DNA of 64,000 nucleotides from sequence record ON529860.1; one strand, 5' to 3'. Every line of letters begins with the position of its first letter. The first letter of the stretch is position 1. Positions 42,881 through 52,447 of the stretch are shown in pieces. The notes beneath the pieces are model-generated. The model had not been told where the DNA came from, made no database searches, and saw only the letters and a program-made list of their open reading frames with translations. The position numbers and the translations under genes were made by a program.

Positions 42881-43116
42881 TGCGGACGATCCTTGAAACC
42901 GAACTGGGCGGGGGCGCCGTAGTTAGGGGCGTAGGCCGAGTAATCCTGGTCATTCAGGATCACCCCATGGAAGTTGCGCATGTAGCGCCGGTAGAAGATG
43001 TGGGCGCTCTTGGCGTCGTCTTCATCGAAAGCCAACTGCCGGCCGTTGACCTGGGCGCCGAACGCCTCCAGCTTGGCCGTGCCGGACGGGTTGAGCGTGA
43101 AGATGAACCGGGTCAC
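42877..43116 (-). CDS. hypothetical protein
   Basis: ATGA coupling. Confidence 0.6.
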   Translation of the reverse strand: MTRFIFTLNPSGTAKLEAFGAQVNGRQLAFDEDDAKSAHIFYRRYMRNFHGVILNDQDYSAYAPNYGAPAQFGFKDRPQ

Positions 43117-43275
43117 ATCGTCTCCGCGATGAACTGCTCATCCCATTCGCCGATCCCCATCGTCGACGGCCAGTGATCCGGGTCCAGCGCGTTGTGGGCG
43201 CGCCACTTCTCGGCGAAGGCGGTGATCTCGGCCTGAAGGCGCGCGACGTACTGATCCAGCGTGAGTTCGGTCGGC

Positions 43276-43476
43276 TCAGGCATCAGGCGTCTCCAGTTCG
43301 GCCTGCTTCTGACGGCGGGCGTGGTGTCCGGCGATGCGGGCCTGACGGTCCCGCTCTTCGCGCCAGTATTTGAGGCGGATCACCAGCCGCGCCATCTGCT
43401 CCTCCATGGAGGCGACCTGGTTCTCCAGGACGATGCAGCGCTGCGCGGCGGCGGCCGAGAGGATGGTGTCGGTCAC
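43276..43476 (-). CDS. coiled-coil hypothetical protein
   Basis: Operon packing. Confidence 0.6.
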   Translation of the reverse strand: MTDTILSAAAAQRCIVLENQVASMEEQMARLVIRLKYWREERDRQARIAGHHARRQKQAELETPDA

Positions 43477-44132
43477 ATCAAGGCTCCCTGAGGCGTGATC
43501 ACGACGGACTTGCCCGAGGCAATGGCGGCCTGCATCGTCTCGTCATCCACAACGACGAGGCCGGGATGATTCTGGAAAGAGGAGTCATACTCCGGGTGCC
43601 ACCGCACCATCGCCATGGCGCAGTCCACCGCCTCACGCAGGGTGCGGAACGGCGTGTTGGGCGAGCCGTTCTTGGTCCGATAGCCCGCGACCGAGAACAG
43701 CGGGACGCCGGCGATGCAGGCGGAATGGCAGATGACCGAGGCGATCTTGCCGTCGTCGTCGTCTCGCTTGTAGATGTCGAACGTCGGCAGGGATTTCGAC
43801 TGGGTAGCGTTCTCGACGCGGTGGTGCTTATCGAGGAGGGCTTTCACCACCTCCAGCAACGGCGTCTCCAGCACGGGGCCGCGTTCGGCTTCCCCGACCC
43901 GCTTCAACTCGGCCGAGAAGGTCGACGCCATCTGCTGCGCTTGCTTGATCTCGGCGCAGATGCCCTCCTCGACCGCCGCCAGGGCGTCGTGCTCCCCTTG
44001 AAGACGGGCGATTTCGCGGCGGAGTTCTTCGGCGCGAGGAGCAAGTTGGGCCTGGGCCTTGCGCCGCTCACGAATGAACGACAAGCGATCGGTGATGAGC
44101 CGATCAAGCATGGTGTAGGTCTCGTGACTCAC
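43473..44132 (-). CDS. coiled-coil hypothetical protein
   Basis: Operon packing. Confidence 0.7.
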   Translation of the reverse strand: MSHETYTMLDRLITDRLSFIRERRKAQAQLAPRAEELRREIARLQGEHDALAAVEEGICAEIKQAQQMASTFSAELKRVGEAERGPVLETPLLEVVKALLDKHHRVENATQSKSLPTFDIYKRDDDDGKIASVICHSACIAGVPLFSVAGYRTKNGSPNTPFRTLREAVDCAMAMVRWHPEYDSSFQNHPGLVVVDDETMQAAIASGKSVVITPQGALM

Positions 44133-44419
44133 TTCGGCTCTCCCTCCAGTGCAACCTTGGTCAGGCGCGCGAGGTCTTCAGGGCGGAGCCCCGCCGCGTT
44201 GACGGTGATGGTCGACTTGACCTCGACGGTCTCGCTGTCCTTGGTCGCGACCAGGATGACGCCGGCCAGGCCCGACCCGACGCCGCAGATCAGTTCGACG
44301 TGCTCGGGCTGCACGACGACGCCGAACGCCGCCAGCAGGGCGATGACGCCGAGCCAGGTCGAGCGTTCGGTGGCGCGGGCGAGGGCCGTGGCCCAGAGGA
44401 TGTTCCAGTCGATAGTCAC
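44129..44419 (-). CDS. holin-like two-TM protein
   Basis: A.ERSTWLGVIALLAAFGV...E.I...G..LAGVI....KD. Confidence 0.6.
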   Translation of the reverse strand: MTIDWNILWATALARATERSTWLGVIALLAAFGVVVQPEHVELICGVGSGLAGVILVATKDSETVEVKSTITVNAAGLRPEDLARLTKVALEGEPK

Positions 44420-45285
44420 GCGGTGGTTCCGTGCATGGTGTGGTTCGCGCCGCCAACAAGCAGGGCCGAGGCGTTGACCGCCTGGGGCTTGGCGTGGGGC
44501 ACGCCGAAGCGGATGTGGGAGAGGTCCAGCTTCGGTGCAGCGGGCTCATCCAGAATCGCCAGGACCTTGTCCGGCGTCATCGGCTCGGGGATCGGGGCCT
44601 GATCCATTTCCGGGTGATACGCCTGCGTCAGCCGCAGCGCCTGGGTCTCGCGATCCAGCAGACCCTTCGGTTCGTTGATCCCGTAGGGCAGGCCGGCGAG
44701 CAGGGGCGCATAGGCGTTGTCGACGTAGAAGCGGGCCAGTCCGGTCGGCAAGTCGACGTCGATCTGGGTGAAATACTCGCCCGAGCCGCAGGCCGCGACC
44801 TTGAGGCCGGCGTCGGCCGCCAGGCGGGCGTAGGCGATGATCAGATGGTCGTAGTCCTCGCGCAACTTCAGCGCGGCGTCGTTGGCGCCCTTCAGGTCAT
44901 CCTTCAGGGCGAGGTTTTCCTGGGTGGCGGCCGCCAGGGCGGCCTCGGCGCGCTTGGCCCGTTGCAGGTTCGCGTCGGCTTCCGCCCGAATTTCCTGAGC
45001 CGCCTTGGCTTGCGCCTCGTAACTCCTATCTCGCTGCGCGATCGCGGCGCGGTATTGCTCCGGGGTCAGTTCCGGCGGCGCGGCGGCCTTTTCGTCCAGC
45101 TTGGCGCGGGCCTCTTCCAGGAACTTCAACTTCTCAGGGTCGAAGCACTCCGGCTGCTTGGCGAGGCGGTCGAACTCGTTCGCCTTCTTGACCAGGTCGT
45201 CGAAGATCGGCAGGGCGCCGGGCAGCGTCCAGGTGTCCTGGGGCAGCTTGGCGCCGTAGTCATGAACCATGGAGACGATGCACAT
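44416..45285 (-). CDS. hypothetical protein with coiled coil
   Basis: MCIVSMV.D...KKA.EFD....QP.C.DPEK N-terminal block. Confidence 0.7.
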   Translation of the reverse strand: MCIVSMVHDYGAKLPQDTWTLPGALPIFDDLVKKANEFDRLAKQPECFDPEKLKFLEEARAKLDEKAAAPPELTPEQYRAAIAQRDRSYEAQAKAAQEIRAEADANLQRAKRAEAALAAATQENLALKDDLKGANDAALKLREDYDHLIIAYARLAADAGLKVAACGSGEYFTQIDVDLPTGLARFYVDNAYAPLLAGLPYGINEPKGLLDRETQALRLTQAYHPEMDQAPIPEPMTPDKVLAILDEPAAPKLDLSHIRFGVPHAKPQAVNASALLVGGANHTMHGTTA

Positions 45286-46229
45286 TAGCCGCGCCCTTCC
45301 ATCAGCTTGGCGATCACGGGATGGGCGAGGGTGTCTTTGTCCAGGCCTCGCTCGATTTCCGAAGCGAGGGTGACTTCATTCTGGTGAACGCTGGTGCGGG
45401 GGATGCTGGCGCGGGCGCCCCGGTTCGCCATCGAGTCGCCGACCGCTTTTGCGTGGTCGTCCAGACCGGCGGCGACGACCTGCTCGGCCGACGTCACCGG
45501 GCGCGCGCCGTTCGCCAGGGCCAGCTTGTCCGCAGCGCTCAGTTGACGGGCGGCGGCGCGGCGTTCCAGGGCGACGTCCGTCGCGGTCTTGGCGCGGGGG
45601 CGCTCTCCGGTCATGGCGCAGGTCAGGAGCGCATGCGCCTCACGCAGGCGGGCCTCGGCCTCGTCGCGCATCTTGGCGGATTCCGTCTTCAGGTCCTCGG
45701 TGCGACGCACCACCTCCTGCCGATCGCGCTCGATGATGGCGCTCTCGCGGGCATAGGTCAGAGCCTCGGTGATCATCGCCTCGGCCTTGGCGGGCGAGGG
45801 GATGCGGTCGCGCAGGTCGGACAGTTCTTTGGAGCGCTCGATGAGGGCTTGACGGAACTCGCCCAGTTTGGCCTCAGTCTGCGCGGCGCGGGCGGACGCT
45901 TCGGCCGCTTCCTGGCGCGCGGCGGTGAGCGCCTCGGCCAAGCCCTCGGTGCGCTCGACGTAACCTTCCAGTTCATCGGCGATGTCCTTGGCGTCCACCA
46001 CCACGGTCAGGGTTTCGACGCCGGGCTTCGCCTCGCGGAAGGTGACGTGATAGGGGCGCGACAGGTCCGAGATCGCCCGCGTGGTGCTCGGCGTGCCTTC
46101 AGGCACTTCGACGGAATGGCCGGCGCCGCTCAGGGCCTGGGCCAGCACCGCCATCAGGGTGGACTTGCCGGAGCCTGCGGCGCCGGACACCGTCACGGTC
46201 ACTTCGCAGGTTTGGTTCTTATCGGTCAT
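45285..46229 (-). CDS. P-loop fragment plus coiled-coil protein carrying a scaffold-like DKLALANG motif
   Basis: VSGAAGSGKST; LSAADKLALANG. Confidence 0.75.
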   Translation of the reverse strand: MTDKNQTCEVTVTVSGAAGSGKSTLMAVLAQALSGAGHSVEVPEGTPSTTRAISDLSRPYHVTFREAKPGVETLTVVVDAKDIADELEGYVERTEGLAEALTAARQEAAEASARAAQTEAKLGEFRQALIERSKELSDLRDRIPSPAKAEAMITEALTYARESAIIERDRQEVVRRTEDLKTESAKMRDEAEARLREAHALLTCAMTGERPRAKTATDVALERRAAARQLSAADKLALANGARPVTSAEQVVAAGLDDHAKAVGDSMANRGARASIPRTSVHQNEVTLASEIERGLDKDTLAHPVIAKLMEGRG

Positions 46230-46238
46230 GGAGTTCTT

Positions 46239-46523
46239 TCAGAGCCACACGGGGCGGCGGGTAGGGCGCAGGCGAGGCGCGACGATGGTGTTGACCCAGT
46301 CCACGAGGCGCTTGCGCAGGTCGGGATCGACGAGGCGCGCTTCGGCGTCCGGACAGGAATAGAGACTGGACCAGCAGATGATCGCGGTTTCGAACCGGAA
46401 ACCGTAGATCGCGTCGCTGTCGAACGCTTCGACCGCGTGGACCATGGAGCCCTCCAGGCCGACGTCGATCTTGTCCTCAACGACGTTGAACGCCACCAGA
46501 AGGATGGGCTTGGGGAACTGCAT
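46239..46523 (-). CDS. hypothetical protein
   Basis: TGATG coupling. Confidence 0.55.
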   Translation of the reverse strand: MQFPKPILLVAFNVVEDKIDVGLEGSMVHAVEAFDSDAIYGFRFETAIICWSSLYSCPDAEARLVDPDLRKRLVDWVNTIVAPRLRPTRRPVWL

Positions 46524-46684
46524 CAGAAGCACTTCCCGAGAATGAAGCCGATGGCGACGCCGGTCATGACGGGCGTTCCGCCGACGACCACAAGGGTGGC
46601 CCGCCAGTGGGAGACGCACCAGGCGAGAAGCCGGTCGCCGCCCTCATCGAGCCATCCGAAGTAGTCGTCGGAGGTGGAGTTCAT
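46523..46684 (-). CDS. small TM protein
   Basis: MNSTSDD start; C-terminal TM. Confidence 0.5.
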   Translation of the reverse strand: MNSTSDDYFGWLDEGGDRLLAWCVSHWRATLVVVGGTPVMTGVAIGFILGKCF

Positions 46685-46841
46685 CAGTTTGAGCCCAGGC
46701 CCTCGAAGATCGCTCCGAGGAGTTCGCCGCAACCTTCCAGAAGGTCGCCGAGGAAAGCGAAGAGGAAGAAACCGTCCCAGAAGCTGTCGTTGTGTCGACG
46801 CTGCGGCCGGGCCGGCTCCTTCTTCTTCAGATCGATGCGGG

Positions 46842-46988
46842 TCACGCGTAGAGGACGCAGCCGGACATCACGCCGAGGATGAAGATCATCGCGGCGGCGA
46901 TCTTGGTCTCCTTGACGATGGTGACAGCCTGCTTGGCGCCGGCTTCAAGGGCGGCCTTGACGGCCAGGAAGATGGAGTTGAAGTCCAT
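46842..46988 (-). CDS. small TM protein
   Basis: MDFNSIF start; C-terminal TM. Confidence 0.5.
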   Translation of the reverse strand: MDFNSIFLAVKAALEAGAKQAVTIVKETKIAAAMIFILGVMSGCVLYA

Positions 46989-47144
46989 AGGATCAGGTCT
47001 CGGTTCGTTTGGGGGCGGTAAGGAAGGCGTAGTAGAGGCGGGCGGCCTCGACCACGTCATGCTTGTCGGCGTGTTCGTGACGGGTGGCGATGGCGGCGCG
47101 CAGGGCCTCCAGCGCCAGGTCGGGGTTGTATTCGGTAGAAATCA

Positions 47145-47354
47145 TCAGGGATTCTTCCGGGGTCGACCGCGTTTCGGCTTGGCCGGCGCGGGCTTCTTGG
47201 CGGGGACGGGACGCGGACCGTCGGGCGAGAAGCCGCCCAGGATCGCAAGGTCTTCATCGTCGAACTCGGCGATCCCGAAGGGGTTGTCCGAGTGGGCCTC
47301 TTCTTCATCCAGGTCGTGGATGAGATCGTTGAGGTCGGAGTAGCGGCGAGACAT
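47145..47354 (-). CDS. acidic/basic small protein
   Basis: Acidic N-half, AT-hook-like PKRGRPRK end. Confidence 0.55.
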   Translation of the reverse strand: MSRRYSDLNDLIHDLDEEEAHSDNPFGIAEFDDEDLAILGGFSPDGPRPVPAKKPAPAKPKRGRPRKNP

Positions 47355-47374
47355 GATCTGGGCGGCTGACGCGG

Positions 47375-47785
47375 TTACGGGTTCGGGTTGATCCGGTAGA
47401 TCGGCAGCGGCGCCGCTTCCTGACCGTTACGGGCGGCGTGGAAGAGGGCCGAGGCTTCCTCGACCGCGCCCTTGGCGACCAGTTCAGGGATGCGGAACCC
47501 GCGCACGCGGTGCGCCGCCAGGTCACGATCCGCAAACGAACGCCACTGGGTCTCCGTCACCCAGCCGGCGCCCGAGGCTTCCATCACGCGCGCCAGGCCG
47601 ACGCAGGCCTTGATCTCGGTGTTGGTCATGCCGACGGTGGTCAGGTGGGCGGGCAAGGCCGTCGCGGTCAGCGTGTCTTCCGCCTCGGGCAGCTTGCCAA
47701 AGGAGACCGAGCCGGCGGGGCGGAGTTGCTGGGGCGCGCCGGCGGCGCCGGGGCCAGTGCGGAACTTATCGGTTTGGGAGGGCAT
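47375..47785 (-). CDS. hypothetical protein
   Basis: Coding-like composition. Confidence 0.65.
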   Translation of the reverse strand: MPSQTDKFRTGPGAAGAPQQLRPAGSVSFGKLPEAEDTLTATALPAHLTTVGMTNTEIKACVGLARVMEASGAGWVTETQWRSFADRDLAAHRVRGFRIPELVAKGAVEEASALFHAARNGQEAAPLPIYRINPNP

Positions 47786-47907
47786 GTACGGTTACGACTT
47801 CTTGCGCTTGTGAGGCACGGGGTTCTTCTTGGTGTTCGGTTTGGCCTTGCCGGGCTTTCCGGCGGGCTTGGCGAACGGGTTGGCGGTGAGGATGTCGAGC
47901 GGCGGCA

Positions 47908-49890
47908 TCAGGTGGCGCTACCGGGTCGACGCGGGGTGGTGGCGGCGGGAGCCGGCTTGTTCGCGGCGGCCTTGGCGGCGGCGTCAGCCTGCTTCTCCTG
48001 GATGTCCAGTTGGCGCTGGGCCTTCTGCGACGGCGGGGCCTGCTCGATGTCGCCCAGTTCGCGCGAAGCCGAGACGGACGTCGCGCCATACTGCTGCGCG
48101 AAGGCCAGCTTCTCTTCCTCCAGGGCGCGGGCGCGTTCCTGAAGGTCGATTTCCTGCTGCTGGAAGTCGGCTTCGCGCGCGATGCGGGCCTGCTCCAGTT
48201 CCTGGGCGCGGGAGACGTAGCCGCGACGCATGGCTTCGGCGTCCGGTTGACCGACAAAGGAGTTGACGTCCTTCATCTTGGTGGTGAACTCGTCCAGGGT
48301 TTCGCTCGACGGGATCAGGCCGTACTTGATCCACACCTCATAGACATGCTCGGTGGTCAGGAGCCCGGATTCGACCAGTTGCTGCACCGCGCGGATGGCG
48401 CGGGCGTCCAGGGCGGTCGACAGGAAGGTGGTGTCGATCTCGTAGCGCACCTTGGCGGTGTCGCTGAGCAGGACGTCGCGGAACATCAGCCAGAAGCGCA
48501 CGACCTGGGTCATGCCTTCTTCCAGGGCGGTGATGACGTTCAGCAGCAGCGACTGCTCATTGGCCTCGCGCATCGCCGACTGCTGGTTGGACTCCGAGGT
48601 CGACTTCGAGGCGCCCGGCATCATGCGGCCGCCGATCGCGGCGATCTGCTGCTCCTTCTCGTTCAAGGCGCGTTCCAGGGTCTTCAGACCCTCGCCCTTG
48701 AACTCCAGGATGCCCGGCTGTTCGCCCGACGGCACTTCCCAGACGGTGCCGGGGCCGATGTGGTATTCCGCCGCGTCGTTGTCGGCGTTGCCCGGCGCAT
48801 AGTAGGTCGGCAGGGCGGTGTAGAAGCGGCCGTATTCCAGTTCGGCATACGTGCGGTAGTGCTTCAGGTTCAGATCGACGATGTCGAGGATCGGCGGCTT
48901 TTCGCAGTCCGCCGCATTGGAGAAGGCGCCGAAGAAGACGAAGGGGATGAACCGCAACGGGTTGCCCCGGATCAACGGCGTCAGCACTTCCTCGGGGATG
49001 CCGGTCGGGTCTTCGCGATAGACGCGCTGGACATAGACGCGGCTGCCGTCTTCCTGGAACTCCAGAACCAGTTCGCGGTAGAGGGTGGCGTAGTGATAGC
49101 CGCCGGCGGTGGACGGCTCGGGCATGGGCTGGCGCGCCTTGCCCGCCGCCGGGGTCAGGCTGCCGTCAGCGGTGCGGACCATGGCGGTCTGGGGGCGTTG
49201 CCGGCGTCCACGGCGGTTCGGCTCATTGATCCACCGGTTATCGTGACTCCCCGGTTCCTGCTCGCGCACGAACTCGCGCAGGAGGACGCGGGTGGGGACA
49301 TAGAAGCCGTCGACCTCGTCGATCTGCCAGTCGATGATGTTCTCGGCCGAGTAGCCGACGGCGAACGCCTGGGGCTTGGCGCCGGGCGCCGACTTGGCGG
49401 CGTCGACCAGGACGCCGAAACGGCCCAGGGCCAGTTGCTCGGTGGCAATCGTCTTGGCGAAGGTGGAATGGCTGGAACCGTCTTTGGCGAAGCGATAGAG
49501 CGACGGCGCGATGTCCTGGCCGGCGTTGACCACGATCTCTTCACCGTTGACGCCGCGCGCGATCACAGCGCCGGGACGCGGCAGGCCGCGCACCTGGGGC
49601 GGACGGCGGAAGACCTGGCCCACCATGCCCGCCAGGGTCTGGTTGGTCATGTTGTAGAAGACCGCACGGTGCAGGTATTCTTCGTACTGGTCGCCGTCAG
49701 AACCCGTCATCGGGCGCAGGTATTCCGCACCCTTCTTCTTGATCTCACGCTCGCCGGCGATGGCGTCACGGATTTTCGACCACTCGGGGCGCCAGTATTC
49801 GTATTCGGGGTGGACGACGAGGTGGCTGAACGCCTGGATCGCGCGCTTGGTGCGGCTGATGTTCGTCGAGTTGGGCGCGGTGCCGGCCAT
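47908..49890 (-). CDS. portal protein (DUF4055 type, phiCbK gp42-like)
   Basis: HPEY...W..IRDA..GE..IK..G..YL...Y..YL.RAVFYN.T..T..GMVG.VFRR.P; IPFVF.G...PP.LD...LN..HYR. Confidence 0.92.
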   Translation of the reverse strand: MAGTAPNSTNISRTKRAIQAFSHLVVHPEYEYWRPEWSKIRDAIAGEREIKKKGAEYLRPMTGSDGDQYEEYLHRAVFYNMTNQTLAGMVGQVFRRPPQVRGLPRPGAVIARGVNGEEIVVNAGQDIAPSLYRFAKDGSSHSTFAKTIATEQLALGRFGVLVDAAKSAPGAKPQAFAVGYSAENIIDWQIDEVDGFYVPTRVLLREFVREQEPGSHDNRWINEPNRRGRRQRPQTAMVRTADGSLTPAAGKARQPMPEPSTAGGYHYATLYRELVLEFQEDGSRVYVQRVYREDPTGIPEEVLTPLIRGNPLRFIPFVFFGAFSNAADCEKPPILDIVDLNLKHYRTYAELEYGRFYTALPTYYAPGNADNDAAEYHIGPGTVWEVPSGEQPGILEFKGEGLKTLERALNEKEQQIAAIGGRMMPGASKSTSESNQQSAMREANEQSLLLNVITALEEGMTQVVRFWLMFRDVLLSDTAKVRYEIDTTFLSTALDARAIRAVQQLVESGLLTTEHVYEVWIKYGLIPSSETLDEFTTKMKDVNSFVGQPDAEAMRRGYVSRAQELEQARIAREADFQQQEIDLQERARALEEEKLAFAQQYGATSVSASRELGDIEQAPPSQKAQRQLDIQEKQADAAAKAAANKPAPAATTPRRPGSAT

Positions 49891-50006
49891 ATAGGGATGT
49901 GTCGGTCAAAAAGACCGGGAGGGACGCGGGCCGAACGACGGACCTCGACCCTCCCGTAGGGTCAGACGAAAATGTCGGGGCCAGGTGGCTCCGAACGCCG
50001 CCATAC

Positions 50007-50036
50007 CTGCCATGAAACGGCATCTGTGTCAAGATT
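50007..50036 (-). promoter_or_regulatory. candidate late promoter AATCTTGAC-N11-TTCATGGCAG
   Basis: Matches 26018-26047. Confidence 0.5.
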
Positions 50037-50330
50037 TACGGCAATCAGGGCCGCCGTTCGAGTCATCAATCGACGCGTTAACCCTCTTTTGCCGTTGACG
50101 CTGGCAGAATCATGGCTAAGGTCAAGGTTTCCCACCGAGGCCTGCGGGCTTCCTGATAACCCGAACGGAGGAGGTCGCCATGAAGTGAGAGACGCACCGC
50201 CCTGGGGGAGCCAGGGGTCGGCCGGCGCGAGACCTTACCCAGAGGCGCGTCCGGTCTTCAGCAGCGCACTCATGCCATATTGTGTGAAGGCCCCGCCGAG
50301 TGATCGGCGGGGCCTTTGTTCTGGCGGAGC

Positions 50331-51038
50331 CTACGGCTGGGGGGCCTTCCATTGCAGGGCCGCGCACAAAGGCGTCTCGACGAGGTTGCGGGCGCCGGCC
50401 GATCTCGGTCCGCCCGTGTTGAAGATGGCGACCACCTCGCCGGCCCCGTTGACGATCGGTCCGCCCGACATGCCGGGATGGGCCTCGCCGCCGAGGAGGG
50501 CCTGGTGATGGGCGGTCTCTCCCGTCTTGAGACGCTGGTCCGCATAGTCGCCGGCGAAGGTCAGGCGCTGAACGGCGAAGTCGACGCCATGGGCGTATCC
50601 GAACCCCAGATATTCGACGCCGGCGCGCAGGCCGTCGCAGTTCACCGGCGTGACCGGCGTGTCGCCCAGATCAGCGGTCAGGACCGCCGTGTCCAGACGG
50701 CGATCGATGTAGGAGACGGCGACCAGGCGATCCTTGAAGAGGCAGGCGGCGTTCTTGTCGACGACGTGGGCGGCGGTAAGGATGCGATTGCGGGCGATGA
50801 TCGTGCCGGTGCCCGTGTAGATGCGCGACGCAGCCTTCTGTTCCGGCGACAGGGTGTCCATGTCGGCGAGCCCCAGCCCGTCCGGCAGGCGCAGGCAGGT
50901 GATGAGGCCGACCGTGTTCAGGTTGAGGAAGTATCGATCCTGGGAGGACCCTGTGAGGCCCAGGGGAGACGCCGACGGCGTCAGAGAGGACGCAAAGAGG
51001 ACGACGGCCGTGAACAGCACGGCGAGCGATCGGCGCAT
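50331..51038 (-). CDS. exported trypsin-like (S1) serine protease
   Basis: Signal peptide MRRSLAVLFTAVVLFA; GTG..I....ILTAAHV, D.AVL, PGMSGGP. Confidence 0.88.
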   Translation of the reverse strand: MRRSLAVLFTAVVLFASSLTPSASPLGLTGSSQDRYFLNLNTVGLITCLRLPDGLGLADMDTLSPEQKAASRIYTGTGTIIARNRILTAAHVVDKNAACLFKDRLVAVSYIDRRLDTAVLTADLGDTPVTPVNCDGLRAGVEYLGFGYAHGVDFAVQRLTFAGDYADQRLKTGETAHHQALLGGEAHPGMSGGPIVNGAGEVVAIFNTGGPRSAGARNLVETPLCAALQWKAPQP

Positions 51039-51231
51039 GGCGATGACCAATGAGGGAGTGTCAGAAATACTGACACACCTGCCTGCGAAATGCAACGCTT
51101 GCGCAACGCCGGCGCGAAAATAGCGAGAACCTTGCGGGGGCGAAGCGATCCTGCGCCAGATGGTCCCCGGAGGGCCGCGCGGCGGATGAAATGTGTCGCC
51201 TCTTGGGCAGGTTTCGCGGGGATCGCACCTG

Positions 51232-51535
51232 GAGTCTCCCCGAAGCGGATTCGCTAAATTTTGATTCAATAAAATTTCAGAAATTCGATTCTCGGATTCG
51301 ATTCCGATTTCCGAAAAACACGCCGGCCGTTTTGATCAAGACCCCCTACCCGCCCCCTCCCTGGCGGCTGCGTCAGGTTCGGAAGGGAATGCTCAAATCT
51401 CAATCCATCCGCCTGGCGCCCCGGCGAAAATCGGTCGAGGGAGGGGGGCCTTGGGTCCCTGACCGTCCCGTTTTGAAACAGGGGGGGCCATGGGGGGTCC
51501 GGCCCCCATGGGAGGGGGCCGGGGGCGGCGGGGCG
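51232..51535. other. non-coding junction: AT-rich GANTC cluster, then G/C homopolymer tracts; probable inner boundary of the terminal repeat
   Basis: Six GANTC sites in 73 bp; abrupt change of gene architecture on either side. Confidence 0.45.
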
Positions 51536-51536
51536 G

Positions 51537-51764
51537 TTAGGCCGCCGCCGCCATTTCCTCCGCGACCGCCGCCGAGATGCGGGCGAAGTCGGCGGCGGTG
51601 GTGTTGGCTTCGAGGTCCGCCATGGAGCGGATTTGACGGCCCGCCATGTTGGCCTTGCGGAAAGCGGCGTTCAGGACGTAGTGGAAACGGGTGGCGAGTT
51701 CACCGGCTTGTTGCGAGGCCAGCATGGTGGCGAGAACTTCGTAGTGCGATTGAACCGTTTTCAT
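51537..51764 (-). CDS. early hypothetical protein
   Basis: Own CtrA-box promoter (51829). Confidence 0.7.
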   Translation of the reverse strand: MKTVQSHYEVLATMLASQQAGELATRFHYVLNAAFRKANMAGRQIRSMADLEANTTAADFARISAAVAEEMAAAA

Positions 51765-51966
51765 TTTCGTCAGTCCCTGTGCGGGGGGCCAATCCCTCCG
51801 TCCATGTGAAGACTATGCCCTGAAAGTCTTAACAAGAAGTTAACGGGCAGAAGAAAATGCGCGCCGCGCGAAGAAAAACGCACGTCGCCGGGAAGGCCGT
51901 TTTTAGCCCCATACAGGGCAGGGGAGGGCTCGCCGCTGTCAGGCGACGGGCGAGCCCCTGAAGCCC

Positions 51967-52212
51967 CTAGCTGGCCGCCCCCTCGGCCTCGCAGCGCAGG
52001 TCGTCGGAGGCTTGCGCCGCGTTCAGGCAATCTTGCGCGCTCATGCCGTAGTCGTCCACATAGGCGTGAACCTCGCCGCCCTCGATCACATATTGAACGA
52101 GGGAGTAGGATTCGGCGGGCGGCTTGGGCAGGGCGAAGCCGTGACCGTCGAAGGCGACAACGGCGAGGGTGGCGACGGCGAACAGGGCGGCGGGCAGGAT
52201 CAGGCGGGGCAT
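51967..52212 (-). CDS. small exported protein
   Basis: N-terminal signal peptide; two Cys. Confidence 0.65.
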   Translation of the reverse strand: MPRLILPAALFAVATLAVVAFDGHGFALPKPPAESYSLVQYVIEGGEVHAYVDDYGMSAQDCLNAAQASDDLRCEAEGAAS

Positions 52213-52236
52213 GGGCGGGATTCCTTTGGGCAGGGG

Positions 52237-52395
52237 TCAGGCGTGAAGGTCGAGGGCGGCGGCGTCCGCCTTCGCCAGCGCGTCCGCCTTGGCGTAGGCG
52301 ACGGCGGCGAGGGTCAGCGTGTCCAGCCGGGCGGCGATCTGGCGGCGGGCGGCGCGGCGCTGGCGGCGTTGCAGGGGGGTCAGGTCGCGGAGCAT
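52237..52395 (-). CDS. hypothetical protein (52 aa)
   Basis: MLRDLTPLQRRQRRAARRQ... Confidence 0.5.
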   Translation of the reverse strand: MLRDLTPLQRRQRRAARRQIAARLDTLTLAAVAYAKADALAKADAAALDLHA

Positions 52396-52447
52396 GGGGG
52401 AAGCCTTGGCAGGAGGGCGGGAGGCGGGCTTGCGCCCGCCCCTTGGG

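Noticed and set aside
21205-49959. Other long plus-strand ORFs (21205..23058, 28735..30777, 45321..46664, 48010..49959)
   Set aside because: They overlap clearly recognisable minus-strand genes (structural proteins, MCP, scaffold, portal).
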